Assembly (NCBI RefSeq): GCF_006345805.1
Contig: NC_043010.1
Coordinates: forward strand, 27,900,001 to 27,964,000
Direction: 5' to 3'
Length of the DNA: 64,000 nt
Origin: Octopus sinensis
Lineage: Eukaryota
Shown one piece after another: positions 12,560-24,686 of this stretch (position 1 is its first letter; every line of letters begins with the position of its first letter). The position numbers and the translations under genes are program-made. The notes under the pieces were generated by a model. That model did no database searches. It was given only the letters and a program-made list of their open reading frames with translations, and was not told the origin of the DNA.

Positions 12560-13385
12560 TTATTTCACAATGCACAGTTGTGCTGGCTGGCAGAAGGAAC
12601 ACTTGCCACAGTGTGAAGTCTTTCGACATGTCTTTTTAATGTTCCAACTGAATGGCACAACTTTCCACAGGTTGCACATGTTCTCTTGTAAACAATAACT
12701 GCATCATAATTTACGAGGGGTCGATTCCTGTAGCTTCTTTGATGGCTGACCAGGCCTACACGACTCAAGCACTTCCTCCCACGAATCACACACATGAAAA
12801 TCAATACCCCTTCATTCTCCACAGATTCGTTCTTTCTAAGCTTTCTCCTGATCTCTTCCTGCTTCATTCTCTCTCTTCCAGTCTTCGAGCAATCACTGTG
12901 CACTCTTTCCCTCCATCTGTTTCGATCTTGTGACCCTCTCTCCCAATCAACATCTGAAATTCCTGTTTGCGTCAACGTAGTCTTAAGTCAGTCTTTGAAC
13001 CTCATTTCGGGTTTATGTGCTGGCCTTTACAATCTTTCAGCTCACCATATAAAAGCTGCTTAGGAAGTCCTTTATCATTTATTCTCACCATACTTTACAG
13101 AATAATCGATTCTACACTCTTACTTCAGCTTCTCTCAAGTCCCTCTACATCACTGATCGACATTCCCCAGCTTATCTCAAGAATTTTCCGAAGACAATGC
13201 TGACGGAATTGTTCCAAATGCTTCAAACGCTTATGATAAATGGTCCACTTCCGTAGAGCAATGATACCAGAACACGTGCTATAAACCCTAGCTTTTACAA
13301 ACATATATACTTGCGCGCACACATATATGGACACCTTTATATGCGGAATTTTGAACGATGAAACTGAAGGAGACTGCGATTGCAT
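12560..13385 (-). mobile_element. RTE (BovB-like) LINE ORF2 C-terminal remnant
   Basis: LKHLEQFRQHCLRKILEISW, LPKQLLYGEL, DRNRWRERV, and C-terminal zinc-finger-like KCLSRVGLVSHQRS. Confidence 0.85.
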
Positions 13386-13879
13386 TTACTTTAGAATCTG
13401 CTGTTTTAACCATCTCTCTCGTGCTAATGACATAATAAAATTATCCTTTCTTGATTATTATTTTAATTAGACCAATGCAAAATACGAAACCAATTACTAG
13501 CTCTGCTTAGAGAGAGAGTGGGGGAGAGAATAATAAATGATGTTTTCTCTAAGCAAACAATGTTTAAAGATGTCGATTTAACTAAATTGATCAATACAGC
13601 TGAGTAACCGTAATAATTCCATGGATATTTTGAAAGCTATACTATTTTTATTAAAATTATTGAAAATTCATTGAAAGAGAATTTATCAAAAATAAAATTG
13701 TATAATTTAAGTATGAAAGGAAATCGAAGACATAATCTCTATTATATTATTCTACTATCACGACATTAGTAAAGCGTTTACGAATCTTCGTACGTCCATA
13801 TTTTCCATATCAGAGAAAAGTTCGTATCACTGAACTTGAACACACAAACTCAGTAAACAAAGTAAATATATTACATATT

Positions 13880-14379
13880 GGCGCAAGTATTGCTGTGTGG
13901 TAAGAAGTTTGCTCCCAAACACATGGTTTTGAGTTCAATCCCTCTGCGTGGTTAGTATTTTCTATTTATAGCCTTGAGCCGACCAAAGCCTCGTGAATCG
14001 ATTTGGTAAATGGAAACTGAAGGAAACCTGTCTATATGTTTGCATCTATGTACACACACACACACACACAAAGGAGATCGATAGAATTAGTACCACACTA
14101 GCGTACTAGACATTAGGAGCGGTCCGCACCGGGCGGCACTTTTAAAGGGGTGGCACTTTGGGGTTTGCTGTAGACAGTATGTGTTTGTGTGTGTCTGTGT
14201 GTCTGTGGTCCGGGGACGGCAAACAGAAGGGCCACCTCGGGCGGCACATACTCTAGCTACGCTAGTGGTACCAGTCTTTTAAAAGTAAAATGTACAGGGT
14301 CCATTTGTTCGACTAAACTCTTCGAAGCGATACCCCAGCATGGCCGCAGTCCAATGACTGAAATAAATGAAAAACAAGA
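13880..14379 (+). mobile_element. SINE family A interrupted by a MITE
   Basis: Head GGCGCAAG..GCTGTGTGGTAAG and family A tail; split at GTACCA. Confidence 0.8.
14096..14267. mobile_element. 172-bp MITE with 6-bp TSD
   Basis: TIR CACTAGCGTA(G)CTAGA; GTACCA duplicated at 14090-14095 and 14268-14273. Confidence 0.85.
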
Positions 14380-15233
14380 GATAATATATCATAATTCAAA
14401 ATATTTCTTTATCAGTTAATCGTTCAAGGAATGATATAAATGATATAACCGTTGTGTCTAAGAGATTTTTGTCTTTGATTTCGTTCCATAATTTATCAGC
14501 AATTTTCTCACGGAAATCAATGTTGGGTGTCTAATAAGATTATGTCTTCGATATTGTTCCATAGTTAAGAGAATGTTTGTTTAAAACGTTACATGTGTAG
14601 ACTACAAGGAGAATAAAACTATCGATAATTATTCTTTTCGCCTCCATCTTTCTCTCTCCAAGGCCAAATCAAAAGCTTTATAAATTCTTGCTCAAATTAG
14701 CGTATAAAAATGAAAGGTGTAAAACATTGGGTAGTGGAGAAAGGAGCGAAATAACTATAATTATCGTTCAATTAAATGAGGTGAAAGGGTGTTAGATTCG
14801 TACCAATTAGAACAAGGTGTACGATGCAACATTAGCTGCGGTATAATAGCGCTAAAATGCTTTAACGCGCAGCTGGAAATAGCAGCAAATTTTCCTTCAA
14901 ATCATACACCACCATCTTAATTAAATGAGCAAGAATACTTTGAAAATTACATTCGGTACTTCATCATGCATGGCCTTGGCTGTAATGGCTTGAATGAACT
15001 AAAGAACTTGATGTATAAAAAGACGTGTTGGTAAAAGCTGGAACACCTTTAATAATAGGTCTACTGGAAAGTGGAAGAGTGTAGCAATCTGTTGAGAACA
15101 GCAGATTCGGAGAGATGAGCCCTGGCTGAAGAAAAGATGTACCAAGCGGAGCCCATCTTTGCTCCTGGGATAGTATGAAGTACCAAGTTCACAGTCTTTA
15201 ATTAAAACCGAAGAATTGCTGGATCGTTTAAAC

Positions 15234-15901
15234 CAATGGTCTTCAACCATGTTTTACTCATGGACCCTTTCATCCTTATTTTACTCTACTGGACCCTCAT
15301 ACCCATTTATTGTTTTTAAAAAATCTCATAGCTTTATATGGTGGTGTTCTTAGGTTGTTGAGCCATTTAATGATGACTCCGTTCAGAAGGCTGTAATATC
15401 ATTTGATAAAGGAACACGGTACAATGAAATCATAGAACGAGGCTGTAACTTTAAATACCTTTACTCTCGGTCTCAAATATATACAAGTTGAAGAATAATG
15501 AAAAGAGTTTGATGTGTGGAGGCCATGCTCATCTTCTGTGTATTACCTCATGTCTGCTAGCTGGCGAGTGTTGTATAGGAGAGCCAGCTAGGTCATGTCT
15601 TCACAGTCTGGTATCTTGTCGCGAAAAAGGAAGTACCAAGGCTTAATGTCAGCACCTAACCGCTCTTGCGCCATCTAGTTGCGAGCTTGTTTAAACAGCT
15701 GCTGTCAAGGGAGGTAACTACGCCTACTTAGCCACTACGTTTTAAAAATCTTATATTTTTATAATCAAATATTATCAGGAATTGTATTAAAAAAATTAAA
15801 TTATTTTGTGCATTGTAGAAATATAGCCAGTTTATAAATGTTAACAATTACATCTTATATGGATCCCTAAGTGTCACGCGGACCCTGGTTGAGAACTACT
15901 A
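15234..15901. mobile_element. hAT-type non-autonomous element
   Basis: Degenerate TIRs CAATGGTCTTCAACC and GGTTGAGAACTACTA; perfect 8-bp TSD GTTTAAAC. Confidence 0.8.
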
Positions 15902-16268
15902 GTTTAAACTACGTAAATAAACATGAACAGAGCGATGTGCTGACAGCGAAGAAGATGGCGGTTGGATTGGGGTCAGATTTCATGTTGTCCGGGGAAAAGT
16001 CACGATTTTAGCTTGGGAAAAAAATGTTATTGGAGAAAAATGTCACATTTTATTTAAATACACAAATATTTTGAATAAGTTATTAACCGACAGTGCAAGA
16101 CTTGTTCACAGTCTATATATGATGGCATTGCACATGTATCATATATAGACACAGTCTATATGTGATGGCATTGCACATATATAAGAATTTTTGTTCAACT
16201 TATTAAGCAAAGATAACGAAACAAAAATTTAAGTCATTTATTAAGTGTATGAGGTCGTACAGATGGAA

Positions 16269-17140
16269 AACGCCTTACATAGTATCGTGAAGGCACGTGA
16301 CTTAATGGTTAGGGTAATGGGCACACGATCGTAAGGTCTTGAGTTCGATTCCCGACGGCGCGTTGTGCCTTAACCCCTTACCCGGCAGAAACGAATATAT
16401 GCGTTTTGACCGAAATCGTTTTTTTCTATCTCTGGCGAATTAACTCGTCAAAAGATAGACTCGCCAAAATCGACAGCAAATGAGTTCCTTTGTCTATTAT
16501 AAACTCTTTTTTGACATATACGAGCATATTCGCTCACTTTATACGTCTGGCAGGGACGATTTCTGCCACCTTTCGCTTGAGTAAGGCATTGAAGACCGAG
16601 TATGATTTAGTCACCTGGAGACAGTCGAAGGGTTGGAAGGCACATTTTATGAATAGAAGTATTCACTTTGTTTTTACGTTGTTTTTTTTATACCTTTATA
16701 TTATAACCCCCACCATGTCGATAACCAAATAAAATAACATGATTTTTTGTAAAAGTAATATGATTTATGAAAAAAACGGGTTAACTCGTTTCTGCCCAAA
16801 GCGGTAATTTAAAATCAATATTATTGAAATAAAATTCATAATAAATAAGGTTTGAAATATACCTCGAAATCACCATTCAAAACAGTAAAATAAAACAATT
16901 AAAAAATATGTCTGAAAAAATACATTTATTTTCAAAATAATTGTTGGGTAAGGGGTTAAGCAAGACACTTTATTTCACATTGCTCCAGTCCACTCAGCTG
17001 GCAAAAATGAGTTGTACCTGGAATTCAAAGGGCCGGCCTTGTCATATTCTGAATCACGCTGAATTTCCCTGAAAACTAACTTAAAGGTATGCGCGTCTGT
17101 GGAGTGCTCAGCCACTTGCACGTTAATTTCACTGCTCCAA
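16269..17140 (+). mobile_element. SINE family D split by a TTAA insertion
   Basis: Head at 16269-16373 resumes at GCAAGACACTT at 16960. Confidence 0.85.
16374..16955. mobile_element. piggyBac-like non-autonomous element
   Basis: TTAA TSD; TIR CCCCTTACCC/GGGTAAGGGG. Confidence 0.8.
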
Positions 17141-17179
17141 GAGAATTAGATATTTTTTTTAACCTTTTGATCCTATTCA

Positions 17180-17340
17180 TATGGCTTTACGTTCTGAGTT
17201 CAAATTCTGCTGAAGTCGACTTCGCCTTTCATCTTTGCGAAGTCAATAAAATAAGTACCAGTTGAGCACTGGAGTTGGGCGATGCAATTGACTTCCTCCT
17301 CCCCTAAATGTACTGCTGGCCTGGAGTCAAAATTTGAAAC

Positions 17341-17345
<5 letters not shown>
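17180..17345 (+). mobile_element. SINE family B body, followed by (ATT)n/(ATC)n
   Basis: TTACGTTCTGAGTTCAAATTC...GTCGACTTCGCCTTTCATC. Confidence 0.8.
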
Positions 17346-17419
<74 letters not shown>

Positions 17420-17494
17420 GTTATTATTATTATTATTATTACCATCATCATCATTATCATTATAATCATCATCATCATCATCATCATCATTATT

Positions 17495-17875
17495 AAGAAT
17501 TTCACCTTGAGGTTTGGTGACGACAAATATCTCGTCAAGATGGAGAATATAAGACGGTACTATTCTGCGGGTCGGCAACGTGGGTCTCCATCTCAGTATC
17601 TTTACGCATTTCGAATGTTGTGCCAAGTGCACCAATTACCAAAGGACTGTTGTCTTAGTCTTCCGCAGTCTCCTCAGTTTCCTGTCTTGGTCCTGGTATT
17701 TCTCGTTTTTCTTCTTTTTTCTTCCATTTCTTTAGTATCGGTTCTGTTATCAAAGAGACTTACAAAGTCTAAGATCTTACTCTTTGTGTTTATTTTATCT
17801 TCTGTAATTATATTTGATCTCCTTGCTTCAATATAGTATGGCTAGTCTTTATGGAGAAATCTCATAAGACCTTGT
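17495..17875 (-). mobile_element. R4/Dong-like LINE, restriction-like endonuclease end
   Basis: Minus strand EARRSNII..KILDFVSLFDNRTDTKEMEEK, then a degenerate C-terminus. Confidence 0.65.
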
Positions 17876-17901
17876 AATTTTCATATTATTATTATATTAT
17901 T

Positions 17902-17963
<62 letters not shown>

Positions 17964-17980
17964 TATTATTATTATTATTA

Positions 17981-18101
17981 CTTTTTTTTTCTTCTTTCAA
18001 ATGTGCTTCCATTTTTTGCCGAGTGTCTTCCCGACTCCTAGGGCAAAGAAACTCATAGTATACATTGGTAGGCCATTAAACCAAACTCAGTAGTTCGTTC
18101 A
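17981..18101. mobile_element. 121-bp repeat embedded in (TTA)n, copy 1
   Basis: Two substitutions relative to 31501-31622. Confidence 0.85.
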
Positions 18102-18103
18102 AT

Positions 18104-18186
<83 letters not shown>

Positions 18187-18204
18187 CATCATTATTATTA
18201 CTAT

Positions 18205-18750
18205 TATTATTCAGTAGTCTTATTTTTATCACGTGTTCTCACTGCACTACCGAGCGCAGCTCTGTGTGTCTTGCGTATGTGCTGTGGTTTGTTGTGATGC
18301 TCTTGTTTTTTCTGTATTGAAAGTGTTTTACGTAGGATGTGTGCAGTGCCTAGTAGTTCTATATTTTCTGTATGTTATATATATTTGTTAGTCCTGGCGT
18401 TTTTGTTATGTATTTGTGTGAATATTCTTTTATCATACCTGTTTTTAGATTCCACATTCGAGTTACCTCTATTTCCAACTCTTTGTATTTTTAAAGTTTC
18501 TCCATTTCTTTTAGAGAAATGTTGTCATCTGCTGTTGTTATCATCATCATCATCATCATTATTATATGTTTAACTTTTGCTTTGCATTTGCACAAGTCGA
18601 CTCCAAGTCTCACCCAGAGACCTCAAGAGACAACAAGCTAAAAGTTCATGTTGGTATTATGCCTAAGTTGTCATATATTCGGTTTTGCGCAAAGTATTGT
18701 TCTAGAGAATGTTTAAGAAAACATAAGAAAATTATAAGTTTGTTTTAAAA
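18205..18750 (-). mobile_element. Two R4/Dong-like LINE 3' fragments
   Basis: Minus strand KELEIEVTRMWNLKT...LLGTAHILRKTLSIQ plus 3' UTR; second UTR fragment at 18545-18750. Confidence 0.7.
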
Positions 18751-18805
18751 TTTGAGATTATTATTATTATTATTATTATTATTATACTATTATTATTATT
18801 ATTAT

Positions 18806-18864
<59 letters not shown>

Positions 18865-19235
18865 AAATTCCGCCGGGTTCGACTTTGCCTTTCATCCTTT
18901 CGGGGTCGATGAAATAAGTACCAGTTACGCACTGGAGTTGATGTAATCGACTAGCCCCCTTCCCCAAAAAATATACGAACCCCAGTATACCCTTGTGCCA
19001 GAGTAGAAACAGTTATTATTTATGGTGGTGGGTTGGCAGGATGTTTAGACTATCGGAAGAAATTCATTGCGATATGCATTTCGGGTTTTTAAGATTGGGG
19101 TTCAAATACTGCTGAAGCTAGCTTTGCTTTTCATCGCTCCGGAGTCAATGAAATGAAGTAATTGTCGAATACTATGGATCAATGATATTGACAACCTCCC
19201 CTCAAAATTGCTCGCCTTGTACGTAAATCAGGAGG
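18865..19235 (+). mobile_element. Two tandem SINE family B copies
   Basis: Body motif at 18880; decayed copy from 19025. Confidence 0.75.
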
Positions 19236-19331
19236 AAAAATATTGCTATTGCATGGAATTATTCTAACCCTAACCCTCTCAGACCTGGGCCCCTCTGACT
19301 AACTTTACCCTCCATCTGGGTTCCTGAGCAA

Positions 19332-19375
<44 letters not shown>

Positions 19376-19395
19376 CGATAATGATAATAATAATG

Positions 19396-19440
<45 letters not shown>

Positions 19441-19481
19441 TAATAATAATAATAATGATAATGATAATAATAATAATAATG

Positions 19482-19530
<49 letters not shown>

Positions 19531-19532
<2 letters not shown>

Positions 19533-20086
19533 GCCCTGATGCAGTACCATACAGTGGCTCTTATGGCTCCTGATCTTAACTGATTGGAAGTGTTATCATG
19601 TACATTGTTTTGTCTTGGTATAAAAGATGGGCTACAGCAAATATTCTGCTCAACACCACAGATTTGCTTGTCAGTTGTTTGATCTTAACCAGTTGAGCAT
19701 GTCCCTTAGTGGCTGACGATATGTGCATCTCTGATGACAAGCAGAAGTAGTTGTGGAGCATCATAGCCATGTGTTGAGAGGAATTCTTTGGGGTTTGGGT
19801 AATTCACCCCTGGAAACATAGGTGTTTTATTCAACATTCTTAAACAAACCTTATTCAGGGACCTTTTGAGCGGGATTGGTTACTCAACCAGAAGAACATT
19901 CTAATTAGGTCCCATCTGCAAGGTCATGTGCTGTTTATATTGATATGAGATCACCATGTCGCTCACATATGGTTGTGATGCATGTGCCTGGTGTACCCTT
20001 ATCAGACGGGTAGTCATGATGGGTATACTGGGGTTCGTATATTTTACCCCAGTGTCACTTTGATGGCGTGCACTGCTCTCTCAATC
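19531..20086. mobile_element. Unclassified 556-bp repeat (family C) flanked by (TAA)n
   Basis: Further copies at 23439-23820, and inverted at 32598-33063 and 34187-34271. Confidence 0.85.
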
Positions 20087-20119
20087 AATAATAATGATGA
20101 TGATGATGATGATAAATAG

Positions 20120-20445
20120 TTGTATTTCCAGCTTAAGAGTAACGATTGCAGCCAAACTAATGAACAGAACCATCTGCATCTTCTTTTTCTGTGTGTTGTT
20201 CATCACCGCTTTATTGGGAATCCGGCAGAGATGAAGTTTAACCTATTCCCGCTATGGCGAGAACACGGCTTGACAGAGTTAATCCCAGCGAATGTCCTTC
20301 ACAAGCTGACCGATATATGTTCTTGGTCTTGCCGATACCTGGATGTCCATGCTTGGGTTTCAGAGAAGGAGATAGCTGGATATTTATTTCGACCTTGTTT
20401 TTCCAGTAGTAACCTGCATAACGTGGTCTTCTTTCTCTGTTTACT
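20120..20445 (-). mobile_element. RTE-clade LINE 3' fragment
   Basis: Minus strand RRPRYAGYYWKNKVEI...PKHGHPGIG resembles RTE RRLRFAGHCWR...PKHG; (ATC)n tail at about 20095-20115. Confidence 0.65.
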
Positions 20446-20607
20446 TTAAGAATGAGAACCCAAGTTCGAAATTTCCCCAAGACACCTGATGAAGGCTGGA
20501 GGGTATATCAGCCGAAACTTTGTGTTAACAACAAACAAGATGAGGACAAATATCCGTCAAATGTAAATAATGTACATAATTCCTCATCTCTTAAATATAG
20601 AACTGTA
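20445..20607 (+). mobile_element. Hammerhead-bearing Penelope-type repeat fragment
   Basis: Contains the hammerhead at 20481; ends ATCTCTTAAATATAGAACTGTA. Confidence 0.6.
20481..20526 (+). ncRNA. Minimal type I hammerhead with a stem III lesion
   Basis: GACAC-CTGATGA-A-GGCTG(N10)CAGCC-GAAAC-TT-T-GTGTT; the palindromic ACGT is mutated to ACTT. Confidence 0.7.
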
Positions 20608-20699
20608 CCGAGGTAATGGATGGATATTTTGGCGTGGAAGAGTTGAATTGGTGCGGATTGATGAGCCTAGCACAATTAAAATGAAAAAAAAGTATATAA

Positions 20700-21100
20700 G
20701 GCGCAGGAGTGGCTGTGTGGTAAGAAGCTTTCTTCCCAACCACATGGTTCCGGGCTCTTGGCCAAGTGTCTTCTACTATAGTTTTGGGCCGACCAAAGCC
20801 TTGTGAATGGATTTGGTAGACGGAAACTAAAAGAAGCCCGTCGCGCGCGCGTGTGTGTGTGTGTGTGTGTATGTGCGTGCGTGTATGTATTTGTGTGTCT
20901 GTGTTTGTCCCCTTCCCACCGTCGCTTGACATCCGACGTTGGTGTGTTTACGTCACCGTAACTTAGCGGTTCTGCAAAAGAGATCGATAGAATAAGTACA
21001 AGGCTTACAAAGAAAAAGTCCTATGGGTCGATTTGTTCAACAAAAGGCGATACTCCAGCATGGCCGCAGTCAAATGACTGAAACAAGTAAAAGAATAAAA
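20700..21100 (+). mobile_element. SINE family A, near full length
   Basis: tRNA-like head, internal (TG)n, conserved tail. Confidence 0.9.
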
Positions 21101-21409
21101 ATACAATTACGAAAAAAAAAAAAAACCACCTGTGATCAATTACAGAAACGGAAACGTTCCTGAATGTTCTACAAACCTTTTTCAGAATGGTCGACGACAG
21201 AAAAATGAATAGCGGAATTGGACAAGCAAATAAATTAATTTCAGTTCATGTGTAAATCAAAGAAAATGTGTTTGACAACTCCCAAGAGCTTATCTGAAAA
21301 CAGATATGTTTTAATCTGCAAGATTCAGGAAGTTGAACAGAAATCAATCTACCTAGTTTAACTCGAGGTATATGTCAGTCACGTTTGATGTAGATTCGAT
21401 ACTAAGCGA

Positions 21410-21472
<63 letters not shown>

Positions 21473-21807
21473 CGTGTGTGTGTGTGTGGTTTGGTTAATT
21501 CACGTTCCGCGTTTGAAAATGTCGCCAAAGCTTGTATGCCATTGTATATAGTAAAGTAAACAATGTAGTGAGTAAGATAACATTAATTAATCATGATTAC
21601 GGCCGTATCAAGGAGAGGCAAACATTGCTAAACAATGCCTAAATCAACCAAACAAGAGCAAGGTCGATGACTCTCTCTCTCTCTCTCTCTCTCTTTATCT
21701 CCCTATACAAATGTGTTTATATGTGCGTGTGTGTATGCGTGTCTGTGTGTGTGTACAGAGAGAGAAAAAAACAGAGACAAGCAGATGTGGCTCTACGTTG
21801 TGCTTAT

Positions 21808-22020
21808 GCTGTATCTGTCACCCACCACCGCATGACAACCGGTGTTGGCGTGTTTATGCCCCCGTAACTTAGCAGCTCACCAGCAGAGACTGATAAAATA
21901 AGTACCCGGCTTAAAACAAAAACAAAGAAAAAATAGCACTGTGGTCGATTCGTTCGACTAGAACTTCTTCAAGGCGGTGCCCCAGCATGGCCGCAATCCA
22001 ATGACAAACAAAGTAAAGGG
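21808..22020 (+). mobile_element. SINE family A, 3' half
   Basis: CCCCGTAACTTAGC...CAGCATGGCCGCAATCCAATGAC. Confidence 0.8.
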
Positions 22021-22299
22021 TATATACATACATGCGCGCGTATATTATTAGCGCACAAACAAGATTACGTTTAGGGTGATGGTATATAAGTGTGTTTGGG
22101 TAGCGGGTACCTGTGTGTGAGGTTATTTGGGGTGTGGGGCTCGCCTGCCCTACTTAATAAAACTAGAGATAAGTCGGGGAACAGGCGGAGGGATTTTGAA
22201 GCTTTGGCAAACCAGTCTTACTTAATACGCCAGCTTGTTGTGGATGTTGCCAATTTGAGGTCGATATTTTAATTCACCAATGGAAATAGTTTACTGGAG

Positions 22300-22370
22300 G
22301 GAATTTGGGTTCGTTTGTGTGTGTGAGTGTATGTGTCGTTGCGTGTGTGTGAGTGTGTGTGTGTGTGTGT

Positions 22371-22421
<51 letters not shown>

Positions 22422-22673
22422 TGTATGTGTCGTTGCGTGTGTGTGAGAAAATAATGTGAAATATAATATAATAGTCGATATTCCATTTAATGCGTGTATT
22501 TGTGCGCGCGCGTGTGTGTGTGTGTGTGTGTGTGCATATATATATATATGTATGTACATGTATATGTGTGTACCTATGCATATATATGTATGTATCTATA
22601 TATGTATGTATACATATATATATATATATAATATATATATATGTATACGTATGTGTGTATATGTATGCGTATA

Positions 22674-22751
<78 letters not shown>

Positions 22752-22770
22752 GAACATACACCCACACACA
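22300..22770. repeat. Compound (TG)n/(TA)n microsatellite
   Basis: Direct reading. Confidence 0.95.
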
Positions 22771-23039
22771 TACTATTTAGTTTAATCTCCCGCTGTGTAC
22801 AATAACGTCCCTTCTCATATTTGATGGTTGATCAACTTTCCAAGGCGATCGTGGTACGGATAGGGTCAATGACGTGGGAGGACGAGTGAAGGCGGTGGTA
22901 GTGATGGTGGGAGGTAGTCTGGAGATAAACATCCGGGCATTAGCATCACTCGAAAATTTCCAGATTTCGTGAACAGTGTGAATAATCGTCTCTCACACTA
23001 CCCCTCATTCCTTCTTCCTTTCTATTGTCCCCCCTTCCC

Positions 23040-23114
<75 letters not shown>

Positions 23115-23115
<1 letters not shown>

Positions 23116-23345
23116 ACCGCATACGGTTTGCTTGTTTTCAGTCGTTGCAATGCGGTCATGCTGGAGCACCTCACCTTGAAGTGTTTTTCGTCGAACAGGT
23201 CGATTCCCAGTACTTATTTTTACAGCCAGGAACTTATTTTTGTCATTCTCTTTCACCGAACCGCTAAGTAACAGGAACGCATACAAACCAACGCCGGTTG
23301 TCAATAGTTGGGAAGAGGATGAGCGGCACAAATATACATACACAC
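23115..23345 (-). mobile_element. SINE family A, 3' half
   Basis: Reverse complement of the family A tail, between (CT)n and (ACAT)n. Confidence 0.75.
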
Positions 23346-23438
23346 ATATAGACTCGCTCACACATACATACATACATACATACATACATACATACATACA
23401 TACATACATACATACATACATACATACATACATACATA

Positions 23439-23820
23439 GTTGACAATGCCCTTAGTGGCTGACGATATGTGCATCTCTGATCACAAGCAGAAGTAGTGGG
23501 GGAGCATCATAGCCGTGTGTTGAGGGGAATTCGTTGAGGTTTGAATAATTCACCTCTGGAAACTTGAGTGTTTTGTTCATCATCCTTAAATAACCCTTAT
23601 TCAGGAACCTTTTGGGTAGGATAGGCTACTCGACCAGAAGAAAATTCCCCACCTGCAAGGCCATGTGCTGTTTATCTTGATTTGAGATCACCATGTCTCG
23701 CACATATGGTTGTGATGCATGTGCCTTGTGTACCCTTATCAGACGTGTAGTCATGATGGATATACTGGGTTTCGTATATTTTACCCCAGTGTCACTTTGA
23801 TGGCATGCACTGCTCTCTCC
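23439..23820. mobile_element. Family C repeat, partial
   Basis: Colinear with 19690-20083, with deletions. Confidence 0.85.
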
Positions 23821-23859
23821 GAGCTTCCACATAGCTCCCGTTTACCAAATTCCTACAAA

Positions 23860-24072
23860 CGATGGTATGCTGAAAAGTTCTTGGTGTTGGGTAAAAGAAA
23901 GTACAGAAGGGTCAGTTAATTATGATTTTATACATGTTCCGTTCTCAGATTCACACACTTATTGCAGCGGTCTTTCAGTTTTTCTAAGCTCTGTGAAAGA
24001 ACTCGGGAATTTGGTCCTCCATCCAGGCCTTTCGCGACACCCTTAAAGTCAGGAACTTTTCAGCACCCTTCG
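23860..24072. mobile_element. Mariner-type MITE
   Basis: TIRs CGATGGTATGCTGAAAAGTTC and GAACTTTTCAGCACCCTTCG followed by TA. Confidence 0.75.
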
Positions 24073-24269
24073 TAAGGTATTGTTTGACCTGGGGCTATAA
24101 TAAAAGAAACTTGCCCAATGTGTTTGTGTGTGTGTGTGTGTGGAATGCAGTGCCCATCAAAAGCGTTCCAACAGTGACCGTCCTGTGTATCCTTCAGACA
24201 ATGCTTAAAGGCATTCCAGGTCAAAATGCCGATGGTGATGATGATGATAAATACGCGCAAATATTAATC

Positions 24270-24645
24270 TAGTTATTCCCCAATCATGTGGTCTCGGGTT
24301 CAGTTCCACTGCGTGGCAACTTAGGCAAGAGTCTTTTGCTATAGCCTCGGGCTGACGAAACAACGCCTTGTAAATGTATTTGATTGGTGAAAACTGAAGG
24401 AAGCCCATCTTTCTGTATAGAATGTAAACTAGTGTCAGCATAACACAAGCAATGTTGTTCGTTTCCAGACTTCCATGAAAAAAAAAAGAAGAAAAACATC
24501 TAGCCATGGGGAATTATTACCTTGCTTGGAACATGTAAAGGTTAGCGACTGAAAGGGCATCCAGCTCTAGAAAAAGCTGCCGTCAGCAAATTCTGCCTGA
24601 CCGATGCAAGCATGGAAATGTGACCGTTAAACTGCAACAATGAAA
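24270..24645 (+). mobile_element. SINE with family-A-like head and RTE-like tail
   Basis: Head as in family A; ends GATGCAAGCATGGAAATGTGACCGTTAAA, like the RTE terminus at 60550. Confidence 0.65.
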
Positions 24646-24654
24646 ACAACAACA

Positions 24655-24686
<32 letters not shown>

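Noticed and set aside
19265-19277. TAACCCTAACCCT telomere-like motif
   Set aside because: Only two units
20700-20770. tRNA-like sequences at SINE heads throughout the window
   Set aside because: A/B boxes only; no complete cloverleaf, and they continue into SINE bodies
22070-22290. Possible LINE endonuclease fragment on the minus strand (IDLKLATS...)
   Set aside because: Too short and degenerate to assign without a search
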